A stretch of 64,000 nucleotides of DNA, taken from NCBI GenBank assembly GCA_963760735.1, contig CAVXEB010000007.1:149600-213599 (forward strand), read 5' to 3'. The translations under genes were made by a program, and so were the position numbers. The stretch comes from an uncultured Chloroflexia bacterium. GTDB taxonomy: Bacteria > Chloroflexota > Limnocylindria > Limnocylindrales > CSP1-4. Shown piece after piece: positions 10,605-20,265 of this stretch (position 1 is the stretch's first letter; each line of letters starts with the position of its first letter). The notes under the pieces were generated by a model. It worked only from the letters and a program-made list of their open reading frames with translations, had not been told where the DNA came from and made no database searches.

Positions 10605-13600
10605 GTGACTCCACCGCACCACCGCCCGACCGCACACGCCCGGACATCGCGCGTTCACCTCATGGCGTTCCTCCAGATGTTCCTGGTCGTCGCCACGCTC
10701 GTCGCCCCGGTTTCGGGGATGGCGGCCGATTCGAGTTCCTCCGGCGGTACGCCGTCCTCGGCCGAGCCGACGAGCCAGCCCGAGCCGGATCCGTCGAGCT
10801 CGCCGACGCCTACGCCGACGCCCACCCCGGAGCCGGTCGCCGAGCCATCACCGGAGCCGAATCCGTCCGCCGAATCCCCCTCGCCCGCGGCCGAGTCACC
10901 CGCACCGACACCCGAGACGCCGGCGCCCACCGCCGAGCCGACGGTCGCGCCGACCGACGCGCCGACCGTGGCACCGGCCGCCACCCGCGACTTCGTCGTC
11001 ACGTTCGCCCCCGGGACGAACGCAACCGCGCGCGCGAGCATCCTCGCGGACGCCGGCGCCGAGGTCGTCGACACGATCGCGCCACTGAGGATGGCCGTCA
11101 TCCGCGTCGTGACCGGCTCGTCCGTCGTCGCGACCCTGCAGGATCGGACCGAAGTCGTCCGCGTGGAGCCCGACCGCGTCCGGGAGGCCGAGGCGGCACC
11201 GGACGATCCCGGCTATGCCGACCAGTGGTCACTCGGCCGGATCGGCTGGGACCGGGTCCACGACACGCTCGATCCCACGGGTTCCGTCGTCGTCGCCGTC
11301 CTCGACACCGGCGTCGACGCGGAGCATTCGGATCTCGCCGGACGGCTCGTCTCGGGCGTCTCGCTCGTTCCCGGCGGGGATCCGATGGCGGACCCGAACG
11401 GCCACGGCACGGCGATGGCCGGCATCATCGCCGCCGTCACCGACAACGGCGAGGGCATCGCGGGGATCGGCTGGTCCGGCGTGAAGGTCATGCCCGTCAC
11501 CGTCCTCGGTGTCGACGGGCTCGGCCAGGACAGCGACATCATCGAGGGCATCGTCTGGGCGGTGGACCACGGCGCGAGCGTCGTCAACCTCTCGTTCAGC
11601 AACCCTGGCTACAGTGCCGCCCTCCAGGCCGCCGTCGACTACGCCTGGGATCACGATGTCGTCGTCGTCGCGGCGACCGGCAACGACGGCTCGAGCGCGC
11701 CGACCTACCCGGCCGGCGATCGCGGCGTCGTCGGGGTCTCGAACACGAACCGGGCCGATGAGCTCGACGGCTCCTCGAACCACGGAGCTGACACGTTCCT
11801 CGGCGCGCCGGGGACCGACATCGCGACGCTCCTCGCGGGCGGCGGCACGACGTCCGTCAACGGAACGTCCGCGTCGTCCGCCGAGGTCGCGGCGTCGGCG
11901 GCGCTGCTCCGGGCGATCGACCCGGCGGCCTCGAACGCGGTGATCGTCGGGCGGCTGGCGCGGAGCGCCGCCGACGTCGGCACGCGGTCCGAGACGGGCA
12001 ACGGCCGGCTCGACCTCGCGCGTGCCGCGGCCGACCATGGTTCCGCCGGTGTGAAGCCGCTCGGCGCGGCGCCGACCGGCAGCGGTGGGCCGTTCGTCGG
12101 GCCGTACGTCGCGGCGGCGGCAACGGTCCAGGCGACAACGACCCTGAACGGCTCCGTCGGGAGCATCAGCGTCGCTCCGGGCGCCTCCATCACGCTCGTG
12201 ATGTTCGTGAACACGAACGGCGCGTCGCCGGCCAACAACTGGTTCTCGTCCCGCTGGGCGCTCGCGACCTCCGCGCCGCTGCCCGGCGCGATGACCTGCG
12301 TCGATCACGCCAACCACGTCGGTGGCGGCGCCTACTCGGAGACGATGACGATCACCGCGCCTGCGGCAGCGGGGACGTACAACCTCTACCTCTACGCCTA
12401 CAACGGCGACGCCTGCGGAGCGGGCCAGAGCGCCCTGTTCACGCGCGCGAACGCGCTCGACAACGTCGCTCCGACCGTCACGATCAACCAGGCGGTCGGC
12501 CAGCTCGACCCGACGAACGGGGCCACGATCACGTTCACGGTCGTCTTCAGCGAGCCGGTCGTCGGCTTCGCCACCGGCGACGTGTCGTTCGCCGGCAGCA
12601 CGGTCCCGGGGACCCTCGTCGGGACCGTCTCGGGTGCCGGCCCGACGTACACCGTCGCGGTCACCGGGATGACCGGCTCGGGAACCGTCGTCGCGTCCCT
12701 CGCCGCCGGCGTCGCGGCCGATCCCGCGGGCAACGCCAACGCCGCCTCGACCTCGACCGACAACACCGTCACCCGCGACGTCGTCGTCCCGACGGTCACG
12801 ATCAACCAGGCGGTCGGCCAGGTCGACCCGACGAACACCAGCCCGATCCTCTTCACCGTCGTCTTCAGCGAGCCGGTCACCGGCTTCATCACCGGCGACG
12901 TGACGTTCGCCGGCACGGCCGGCGGGGCGAAGGTCGGGACCGTCTCGGGCTCGGGTGCGAACTACACCGTCAGCGTCACCGGGATGACGACGTCCGGCAC
13001 GGTCATCGCCTCGATCGCGGCCAGCCGGGCGATCGATCTCGCGGGCAACAACAACACCGCCTCGAGCTCGACCGACAACAGCGTCACGTGGGACGTCACG
13101 GCTCCGACCGTGACGATCAACCAGGCGGTCGGCCAGGTCGACCCGACGAACACCAGCCCGATCACCTACACGGTCGTCTTCAGCGAGCCGGTCACCGGCT
13201 TCGCGACGGGCGACGTGACGTTCACCGGCACCGCCGGCGGGACGAAGGTCGGCGCGGTCAGCGGCGGTCCGACAACCTACACCGTCAGCGTCACCGGGAT
13301 GACGACGCCCGGCACGGTCATCACCTCGATCGCGGCCGGTGTCGCGACCGACCTGTCCGGCAACGCCAACGCGGTCTCGACCTCGGCCGACAACAGCGTC
13401 ACCTGGGACAACGTCGCGCCGACCGTCACGATCAACCAGGCGGTCGGCCAGCTCGACCCGACGAACGGGGCCACGATCACGTTCACGGTCGTCTTCAGCG
13501 AGCCGGTCGTCGGCTTCGCCACCGGCGACGTGTCGTTCGCCGGCAGCACGGTCCCGGGGACCCTCGTCGGGACCGTCTCGGGTGCCGGCCCGACGTACAC

Positions 13601-16600
13601 CGTCGCGGTCACCGGGATGACCGGCTCGGGAACCGTCGTCGCGTCCCTCGCCGCCGGCGTCGCGGCCGATCCCGCGGGCAACGCCAACGCCGCCTCGACC
13701 TCGACCGACAACACCGTCACCCGCGACGTCGTCGTCCCGACGGTCACGATCAACCAGGCGGTCGGCCAGGTCGACCCGACGAACACCAGCCCGATCCTCT
13801 TCACCGTCGTCTTCAGCGAGCCGGTCACCGGCTTCATCACCGGCGACGTGACGTTCGCCGGCACGGCCGGCGGGGCGAAGGTCGGGACCGTCTCGGGCTC
13901 GGGTGCGAACTACACCGTCAGCGTCACCGGGATGACGACGTCCGGCACGGTCATCGCCTCGATCGCGGCCAGCCGGGCGATCGATCTCGCGGGCAACAAC
14001 AACGCCGCCTCGAGCTCGACCGACAACAGCGTCACGTGGGACGTCACGGCTCCGACCGTGACGATCAACCAGGCGGTCGGCCAGGTCGACCCGACGAACA
14101 CCAGCCCGATCACCTACACGGTCGTCTTCAGCGAGCCGGTCACCGGCTTCGCGACGGGCGACGTGACGTTCACCGGCACCGCCGGCGGGACGAAGGTCGG
14201 CGCGGTCAGCGGCGGTCCGACAACCTACACCGTCAGCGTCACCGGGATGACGACGCCCGGCACGGTCATCACCTCGATCGCGGCCGGTGTCGCGACCGAC
14301 CTGTCCGGCAACGCCAACGCGGTCTCGACCTCGGCCGACAACAGCGTCACCTGGGACAACGTCGCTCCGACCGTCACGATCAACCAGGCGGTCGGCCAGC
14401 TCGACCCGACGAACGGGGCCACGATCACGTTCACGGTCGTCTTCAGCGAGCCGGTCGTGGGCTTCGCCACCGGCGACGTGTCGTTCGCCGGCAGCACGGT
14501 CCCGGGGACCCTCGTCGGGACCGTCTCGGGTGCCGGCCCGACGTACACCGTCGCGGTCACCGGGATGACCGGCTCGGGAACCGTCGTCGCGTCCCTCGCC
14601 GCCGGCGTCGCGGCCGATCCCGCGGGCAACGCCAACGCCGCCTCGACCTCGACCGACAACACCGTCACCCGCGATGTGACGCCGCCCACCGCGACCATCG
14701 ACCTGCAGGCCGGTTCGGACACGGGCGCCTCGAGCACGGACGACATCACGAACGCAACCACCCTCGTCTTCGACGTCACGTTCAGCGAGTCGGTGACCGG
14801 CCTCCTCGCCAATGACTTCTCCAACGTCGGGACCGCCACCACCTGCGCCTTCGGGGCTCCGACCGGCGCCGGTACGACCTACACCGTCACCGTGACCGGA
14901 TGCTCGCAGGGCACCGTGATCGTGCGGATCCGGGTCAACGCGGTCACGGATGTCGTGGGCAACAACAACGCGGTGATCAACGGCCCGACCGTCACCATCG
15001 ACCGGACCGGACCCACGGTCACGATCAACCAGGCGGTCGGCCAGGTCGACCCGACGAACGCCAGCCCGATCCTCTACACGGTCGTCTTCAGCGAGCCGGT
15101 CACCGGCTTCGCCACGGGCGACGTGTCGTTCACCGGCAGCACCTCGGGCGGGGCGAAGGTCGGGACCGTCTCGGGCGGTCCGACGACGTACACCGTCAGC
15201 GTCACCGGGATGACGACGCCGGGGACGGTGATCGCGACGATCGGGGCCGGCGTCGCGACCGATCTCAGCGGCAACGCCAACGTCGTCTCGACCTCGACCG
15301 ACAACACGGTCGCCTGGGACGCCACGCCTCCGACCGTCACGATCAACCAGGCGGTGGGCCAGGTCGACCCGACGAACGCCAGCCCGATCACGTTTACCGT
15401 GGTCTTCAGCGAGACGGTCACCGGCTTCGCCACCGGCGACGTCAGCTTCACCGGCAGCACGGTCGGCGGGACCCTCGTGGGGACCGTCTCCGGAGGTCCG
15501 ACCACGTACACCGTCGCGGTCACCGGGATGACCGGCTCAGGGACCGTCGTCGCCTCGCTCGGCGCCGGCGTGGCGACGGACGCGACCGGCAACGGCAACG
15601 TCACCTCGACCTCGACCGACAACACGGTCACATTCGACAACGTCGCCCCGACCGTCACGATCAACCAGGCCGTCGGCCAGGCTGATCCCACGAACACCAG
15701 CCCGATCCTCTACACCGTCGTGTTCAGCGAACCGGTCATCGGCTTCGCGACCGGCGACGTGACCTTTGCCGGCAGCACGTCCGGCGGGACGAAGGTCGAC
15801 ACGGTCAGCGGATCGGGCGCGAACTACACCGTGACCGTCACCGGGATGACGACCTCCGGCAGCCTGATTGCCGCGATCGCCGCCAGCCAGGCGACCGATC
15901 TCGCAGGCAACAACAACGCCGCGTCGACATCGTCCGACAACACCGTCACGTGGGACGTCACCGCCCCGACCGTCACGATCAACCAGGCGGTCGGTCAGGT
16001 CGACCCGACGAACGCGAGCCCGATCACGTTCACAGTCGTGTTCAGCGAGCCGGTCACCGGCTTCGCGACCGGCGACGTCACGTTCACGGGGACGGCCGGC
16101 GGGACGAAGGTCGGCACGGTCAGCGGGTCCGGCGCGAACTACACCGTGACCGTCACAGGGATGACGATCTCCGGCACCGTGATCGCCACGATCGCGGTAG
16201 GCGTCGCGGCCGACCTCGCGGGCAACGGCAACACGGCCTCGACGTCGACCGACAACACCGTGACCTGGAACCGCGCCACCCATCTCGGGTTCGGCCAGGG
16301 GCCGACGGACGCGATCTATCGCTCGACGATCAGCCCGGCCGTGACCGTCCTCGTCCTCGACGACAACGGCTTCGTCGTGACCGAGAGCTCTGCATCTGTC
16401 TCGCTGACCCTGGCCCCGGCGGGTCCGACCCTCGGCGGGACGGTCACCGTCGCGGCCGTCAATGGCATCGCGACGTTCAACGACCTGACCGTCGACCAGG
16501 TCGGGACCTACAGCCTGAATGCGGCCAGCGCCGGCTTGATCGGGACGTCGAGCGCGACGTTTTCGATCCTGCCCGCCCCGCTGACGATCACGGCGACCGA

Positions 16601-19010
16601 CCAGTTCAAGATCTACGGGCAGACGCTGGCGTTCGCGGGAACGGAATTCACGGTGAGCGGGCTGCTCGGACCCGACTCGGTCGGGGGCGTCACCCTCACC
16701 AGCCCCGGGTCGCCCGCCACGGCGTCGGTGGTCGGCAGCCCGTACCCGATCACGCCGTCGAATGCCGTCGGCGCCGGCCTCGCGAACTACACGATCACCT
16801 ACCTGAACGGTCAGCTCACGGTGCTGCCGGCGGTCCTCGTCGTCATCGCGAACGATCGGACCAAGACGTACGGCCAGAGCGTGGTCTTCGCAGGCACCGA
16901 GTTCTCCGTCTTCGGTCTGGTCAACACCGACACGGTCACGAGCGTCACGTTGTCCAGCCCGGGCACGGTCGCCACGGCGACCGTCGCCGGGAGTCCCTAC
17001 CCGATCACGCCGTCGTCGGCGATCGGCAGCGGCCTCGCGAACTACGTGATCTTCTACGGCCCCGGCCAGCTCACCGTGACGCCGGCGCCGCTGGCGATCA
17101 CCGCGAACGACCGGACCAAGACCTACGGCCAGACGGTCGTCTTCGCCGGGACGGAGTTCTCCACGAGCGGCCTGCTCAACGCCGATACGGTCACGAGCGT
17201 CAGCCTGGCCAGCTCGGGCGCGGTCGCCACGGCGACCGTCGCCGGGAGTCCCTACCCGATCACCCCGTCGGCGGCGGTCGGCAGCGGGCTGTCCAATTAC
17301 GCGATCACCTACCTCGACGGCGAGATGGGTGTGACCGCCGCGCCTCTCGCGATCACCGCCGATGACCGGACGAAGACCTACGGCCAGACGGTCACGTTCG
17401 CCGGGACGGAGTTCTCCACGAGCGGCCTGCTCAACGCCGATACGGTCACGAGCGTCAGCCTGGCCAGCCCCGGAGCGGTCGACACCGCGACGGTCGTAGG
17501 CAGCCCGTACCCGATCACGCCGTCGGCGGCGGTCGGGACAGGCCTCGGCAACTACACGATCACCTACGTCGACGGCGAGCTGACCGTCACGCCGGCCACC
17601 GCCGTCATCGTCGTGACGGGCTTCTCCGTCACCTATGACGCGCTGCCACACACGGCGACCGGCTCTGTGACAGGCGTGTTCGGCGAGAATCTCTCTGCGG
17701 GTCTCGACCTGTCGGCGACAACCCGGACGAACGTCGGCCTCTACAGCGATCCATGGACGTTCACGGATCCCGCGGGCAACTACCTGGCCGACAGCGGGAC
17801 CGTGGACAGCGACATCAGCCAGGCCGCGTTGACGATCACCGCCGACGACGCGACGAAGACCTACGGCCAGGCGGTCACCTTCGCCGGGACGGAGTTCTCC
17901 ACGAGCGGGCTGCTCGGGACCGACACGGTCACGAGTGTCACCCTCGCGAGCCCCGGTGCGAGCCCGACGGCCACCGTCGCCGGGAGCCCGTACCCGATCA
18001 CCCCATCGGCGGCGGTCGGCAGCGGCCTTGCGAACTACGCGATCAGCTACGTCGACGGTGCGCTCACGGTCATGCAGGCCGCGCTCACCGTCACCGCCGC
18101 TGACCAGACGAAGCCGTTCGGGGTCACGTTCGTCTTCGCCGGCACCGAGTTCTCGACCGTCGGCCTCGTGAACGGCGACACGGTCGACTCCGCGACCCTG
18201 ACGAGCGCCGGCTCACCGGCCCTCGCCGCACCGACCACGTATCCGATCCTCCTCTCGAACGCGGTCGGGACGGGCCTGGCCAACTACGCGATCAGCTACG
18301 TGGCGGGCACCCTGACGGTCGGCAACACGGCGCCGGTCATCGGCGATGCCAGCGTCACGACGGACGCGATGACCGCGGTCAGCGGCGCGGTCACCGTGAC
18401 CGATCCGGACACTGGCCAGACGGTGACATTGACAATCGCGACCGGACCGGCCAACGGCACGGCCACCGTGGCCGGTGACGGCTCGTTCGTCTACACGCCG
18501 ACCGGCACGTTCACCGGCCGCGACTCGTTCTCGATCCAGGGCTGCGACGACGCCCTGATCCCGGCCTGCGACACTGGCACCGTCGACGTGGAGATCATCC
18601 CGGTCGCCGTCGCCGACACCGGCGTCACGACCGAGGGCAAGACCATCGAGGTCGATGTCGAGGCCAACGACATCGGGGACGCCGGACCTCTCCAGATCGT
18701 CGGGCAGCCGGCGCACGGGACGGCAACGATCGGCTCGATCATCTACACGCCCGATGCCGGCTTCAGCGGCGTCGACCAGGTCGTCTACCGGATTTGCAGC
18801 CCGAACGACCAGACCGTCTGCGACGACGGGACCCTGACGATCACCGTCAACGCCGCCCTACCGGACACCGACGCCGGCGTGATCCTGTCGACCCCGCTCG
18901 GACCGGTCCGGTCCGGGAGCGCGTGGCTCGCCGGGATCCTGGCCCTGCTGTTCGCGGTGGGTGCGGGGGCCGCGGTCGCCATCGGTCGCCGCCGCCGGGA
19001 CGTCGACTGA
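10605..19010 (+). CDS. giant (2801 aa) secreted cell-surface subtilisin-like serine protease with Ig-like, MBG-like and cadherin-like repeat domains and C-terminal membrane anchor
   Basis: Single uninterrupted ORF. Signal peptide; PT-rich linker; I9-like propeptide; S8 catalytic domain (DTGVD, NGHGTAMAG, GTSASSAEVAA). About 12 Ig-like domains of ~105 aa (VTINQAVGQxDPTN...FSEPVTGF...GTVSG.G..YTV.VTGMT..GTV...). 6 MBG-like repeats (TA.D.TKTYGQ..VFAGTEFS..GL...DTV.SV.L.S.G...A.V.GSPYPITPS.AVG.GL.NY.I.Y..G.LTV) plus one variant MBG-like domain. 2 cadherin-like domains. C-terminal LPDTDAG + hydrophobic segment + RRRRD. Confidence 0.85.
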   Translation: MTPPHHRPTAHARTSRVHLMAFLQMFLVVATLVAPVSGMAADSSSSGGTPSSAEPTSQPEPDPSSSPTPTPTPTPEPVAEPSPEPNPSAESPSPAAESPAPTPETPAPTAEPTVAPTDAPTVAPAATRDFVVTFAPGTNATARASILADAGAEVVDTIAPLRMAVIRVVTGSSVVATLQDRTEVVRVEPDRVREAEAAPDDPGYADQWSLGRIGWDRVHDTLDPTGSVVVAVLDTGVDAEHSDLAGRLVSGVSLVPGGDPMADPNGHGTAMAGIIAAVTDNGEGIAGIGWSGVKVMPVTVLGVDGLGQDSDIIEGIVWAVDHGASVVNLSFSNPGYSAALQAAVDYAWDHDVVVVAATGNDGSSAPTYPAGDRGVVGVSNTNRADELDGSSNHGADTFLGAPGTDIATLLAGGGTTSVNGTSASSAEVAASAALLRAIDPAASNAVIVGRLARSAADVGTRSETGNGRLDLARAAADHGSAGVKPLGAAPTGSGGPFVGPYVAAAATVQATTTLNGSVGSISVAPGASITLVMFVNTNGASPANNWFSSRWALATSAPLPGAMTCVDHANHVGGGAYSETMTITAPAAAGTYNLYLYAYNGDACGAGQSALFTRANALDNVAPTVTINQAVGQLDPTNGATITFTVVFSEPVVGFATGDVSFAGSTVPGTLVGTVSGAGPTYTVAVTGMTGSGTVVASLAAGVAADPAGNANAASTSTDNTVTRDVVVPTVTINQAVGQVDPTNTSPILFTVVFSEPVTGFITGDVTFAGTAGGAKVGTVSGSGANYTVSVTGMTTSGTVIASIAASRAIDLAGNNNTASSSTDNSVTWDVTAPTVTINQAVGQVDPTNTSPITYTVVFSEPVTGFATGDVTFTGTAGGTKVGAVSGGPTTYTVSVTGMTTPGTVITSIAAGVATDLSGNANAVSTSADNSVTWDNVAPTVTINQAVGQLDPTNGATITFTVVFSEPVVGFATGDVSFAGSTVPGTLVGTVSGAGPTYTVAVTGMTGSGTVVASLAAGVAADPAGNANAASTSTDNTVTRDVVVPTVTINQAVGQVDPTNTSPILFTVVFSEPVTGFITGDVTFAGTAGGAKVGTVSGSGANYTVSVTGMTTSGTVIASIAASRAIDLAGNNNAASSSTDNSVTWDVTAPTVTINQAVGQVDPTNTSPITYTVVFSEPVTGFATGDVTFTGTAGGTKVGAVSGGPTTYTVSVTGMTTPGTVITSIAAGVATDLSGNANAVSTSADNSVTWDNVAPTVTINQAVGQLDPTNGATITFTVVFSEPVVGFATGDVSFAGSTVPGTLVGTVSGAGPTYTVAVTGMTGSGTVVASLAAGVAADPAGNANAASTSTDNTVTRDVTPPTATIDLQAGSDTGASSTDDITNATTLVFDVTFSESVTGLLANDFSNVGTATTCAFGAPTGAGTTYTVTVTGCSQGTVIVRIRVNAVTDVVGNNNAVINGPTVTIDRTGPTVTINQAVGQVDPTNASPILYTVVFSEPVTGFATGDVSFTGSTSGGAKVGTVSGGPTTYTVSVTGMTTPGTVIATIGAGVATDLSGNANVVSTSTDNTVAWDATPPTVTINQAVGQVDPTNASPITFTVVFSETVTGFATGDVSFTGSTVGGTLVGTVSGGPTTYTVAVTGMTGSGTVVASLGAGVATDATGNGNVTSTSTDNTVTFDNVAPTVTINQAVGQADPTNTSPILYTVVFSEPVIGFATGDVTFAGSTSGGTKVDTVSGSGANYTVTVTGMTTSGSLIAAIAASQATDLAGNNNAASTSSDNTVTWDVTAPTVTINQAVGQVDPTNASPITFTVVFSEPVTGFATGDVTFTGTAGGTKVGTVSGSGANYTVTVTGMTISGTVIATIAVGVAADLAGNGNTASTSTDNTVTWNRATHLGFGQGPTDAIYRSTISPAVTVLVLDDNGFVVTESSASVSLTLAPAGPTLGGTVTVAAVNGIATFNDLTVDQVGTYSLNAASAGLIGTSSATFSILPAPLTITATDQFKIYGQTLAFAGTEFTVSGLLGPDSVGGVTLTSPGSPATASVVGSPYPITPSNAVGAGLANYTITYLNGQLTVLPAVLVVIANDRTKTYGQSVVFAGTEFSVFGLVNTDTVTSVTLSSPGTVATATVAGSPYPITPSSAIGSGLANYVIFYGPGQLTVTPAPLAITANDRTKTYGQTVVFAGTEFSTSGLLNADTVTSVSLASSGAVATATVAGSPYPITPSAAVGSGLSNYAITYLDGEMGVTAAPLAITADDRTKTYGQTVTFAGTEFSTSGLLNADTVTSVSLASPGAVDTATVVGSPYPITPSAAVGTGLGNYTITYVDGELTVTPATAVIVVTGFSVTYDALPHTATGSVTGVFGENLSAGLDLSATTRTNVGLYSDPWTFTDPAGNYLADSGTVDSDISQAALTITADDATKTYGQAVTFAGTEFSTSGLLGTDTVTSVTLASPGASPTATVAGSPYPITPSAAVGSGLANYAISYVDGALTVMQAALTVTAADQTKPFGVTFVFAGTEFSTVGLVNGDTVDSATLTSAGSPALAAPTTYPILLSNAVGTGLANYAISYVAGTLTVGNTAPVIGDASVTTDAMTAVSGAVTVTDPDTGQTVTLTIATGPANGTATVAGDGSFVYTPTGTFTGRDSFSIQGCDDALIPACDTGTVDVEIIPVAVADTGVTTEGKTIEVDVEANDIGDAGPLQIVGQPAHGTATIGSIIYTPDAGFSGVDQVVYRICSPNDQTVCDDGTLTITVNAALPDTDAGVILSTPLGPVRSGSAWLAGILALLFAVGAGAAVAIGRRRRDVD
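11217..12015 (+). other. S8 (subtilase) catalytic domain within giant ORF; Asp ~11307, His ~11403, Ser ~11868
   Basis: Motifs VAVLDTGVD / DPNGHGTAMAGIIAA / VNGTSASSAEVAASAALL in canonical D-H-S order and spacing. Confidence 0.8.
12460..14674 (+). repeat. near-identical 948-bp tandem repeat (2.3 copies) inside giant protease gene; each unit encodes three Ig-like domains (316 aa)
   Basis: ggcggtcggccagctcgacccgacgaacgggg recurs at 12491 and 13439 (period 948). Antisense ORFs 12398-12916, 13277-13864 and 14225-14842 translate identically. Only about 1-2 nt differences between units (e.g. NNNTASSS vs NNNAASSS). Third unit diverges after ~14674. Confidence 0.9.
16560..18330 (+). other. array of 6 MBG-like repeats plus one variant domain within giant ORF
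   Basis: Repeated ~85-aa units containing ...TKTYGQ.V.FAGTEFST.GLL..DTVTSV.L.SPG...ATV.GSPYPITPS.AVG.GLANY.I.Y..G.LTV. Partially identical at nucleotide level (e.g. ~17140 vs ~17400). Confidence 0.65.
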
Positions 19011-19043
19011 CGTCGCGATCGGATTGAGCCGACGCCGCCTGCC

Positions 19044-20096
19044 TCAGGCGGGCGGCACAGGCGCCGTCGACTGGCGAACGACGAGCAGGGGCGCGACGAC
19101 GACGTCGGCAACATCGCCGCTCTGGCTCGTACCCTCGATCATGTCGAGCAGCATGTTCGCCGCGGTCCGCCCCATCGCCACGCCCGACTGGCTGATCGTC
19201 GTGAGGGGTGGCACGGTGAAGGAGGCGATGTCGATGTCGTCGAACCCGACGATCGAGAGTCGGTCCGGCACGACGACTCGCGCCTGGAACGCCGCCTGGA
19301 GCAAGCCGATCGCGATCGTGTCCGAGGCCGCGAACACCGCCGTCGGCCGACCGGGCCGATCGAGGTGGGCGAAGAGCTCCCGGCCGAGGCGATAGCCCGG
19401 CTCGGGGTCCGGCTGGGTCGTGAAGTAGGTCCGGATCCGGTCGCCGGCGCCGCGCTCGCGCATGAACTGTTCGTAGACCGCGGCACGGAGCGGACCGTCC
19501 GCCATCCGTTCGTCGGCGACGCAGATGATCGCCCGGTGGCCGAGCTGCCAGAGATGCTCGAGGGCAAGCATCGTTCCCCTGGCGTTGTCGACGTAGACGC
19601 CCGGCACGCGCCGCGGTCCGACGCGGTCGCTGACCCCGACGACGTGCTCGTGATGCTCCACGAGGTCGTCAAGGGTCGCGTCGCCGCCCGCGATGTCGCC
19701 CATGAGCAGGATCCCGTCGGCGTGCGACTGCTCGAACATCGAGCCGTAGATCGCAGCGACGTCCGGACTCCAGTCGACGTGGCCGAGGAACAGCCGGTAT
19801 CCCCGCGTCCGGGCGACCTCGTTGACGCCGCGCAGGACCTGGGTGTGGAACGGATCGCTGATGTCGCGGACGATCACGCCGAGCAGCGAGCTGCGACTGC
19901 CGCGCAGGGCTCGGGCGAGGAGGTTCGGCTTGTAGCCGAGCTCGTCGGCGACGGCGAGGATCCGCTCCCGGGTCTCCGGCCGGACGGGAACACCGGATTC
20001 GCGGCCGTTGAGGATCCGCGACACGGTCGTGATCGAGACCCCGGACCGCTCGGCGACGTGGCGGAGCGTGATCGTCCCGCCGGCCGGCTTCACCAC
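19044..20096 (-). CDS. LacI family transcriptional regulator
   Basis: N-terminal HTH (ITLRHVAERSGVSITTVSRILNG) plus periplasmic-binding-protein-like sugar-binding core. Divergent from the 20266-27583 operon, so it is the likely regulator of that operon. Confidence 0.9.
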   Translation of the reverse strand: MVKPAGGTITLRHVAERSGVSITTVSRILNGRESGVPVRPETRERILAVADELGYKPNLLARALRGSRSSLLGVIVRDISDPFHTQVLRGVNEVARTRGYRLFLGHVDWSPDVAAIYGSMFEQSHADGILLMGDIAGGDATLDDLVEHHEHVVGVSDRVGPRRVPGVYVDNARGTMLALEHLWQLGHRAIICVADERMADGPLRAAVYEQFMRERGAGDRIRTYFTTQPDPEPGYRLGRELFAHLDRPGRPTAVFAASDTIAIGLLQAAFQARVVVPDRLSIVGFDDIDIASFTVPPLTTISQSGVAMGRTAANMLLDMIEGTSQSGDVADVVVAPLLVVRQSTAPVPPA

Positions 20097-20265
20097 GATG
20101 CGCCCTCCCGCCCCTTGACACGCGCACTATCGTTCCCGTTGAGCGCAAACGTCAAGGCTTATCGTTAAACCGACGATTTCGGCCCTCAGCGGACGTTCCC
20201 GGAGGCACCGTGGCGGACAGCCCGCGACTCCGTCCCAGCGGTTCGACGACGCGCGAGGCGCGGGC

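Noticed and set aside
10541-12317. ORFs 10541-11761 (+) and 11229-12317 (-) at the 5' end of the giant gene
   Set aside because: Alternate frame or antisense of the S8 protease domain. The protease frame carries the catalytic-triad motifs.
13088-17651. Long ORFs 13088-14815 (+), 14900-15685 (+), 15950-17365 (+), 15537-17651 (-) and identical short minus-strand ORFs at 12398/13277/14225
   Set aside because: Artefacts of the 948-bp coding repeat and GC bias. They duplicate each other exactly, because the DNA repeats, and have RD/RG-rich composition. They are not independent genes and not a CRISPR array: the units are 948 bp, coding and lack spacers.
20097-20265. LacI operator palindromes in the divergent promoter region (e.g. 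ttgagcgcaaacgtcaa)
   Set aside because: Only imperfect dyad symmetry could be found by eye. There is no convincing match to LacI-family operator consensus, and statistical motif search or comparative data would be needed.
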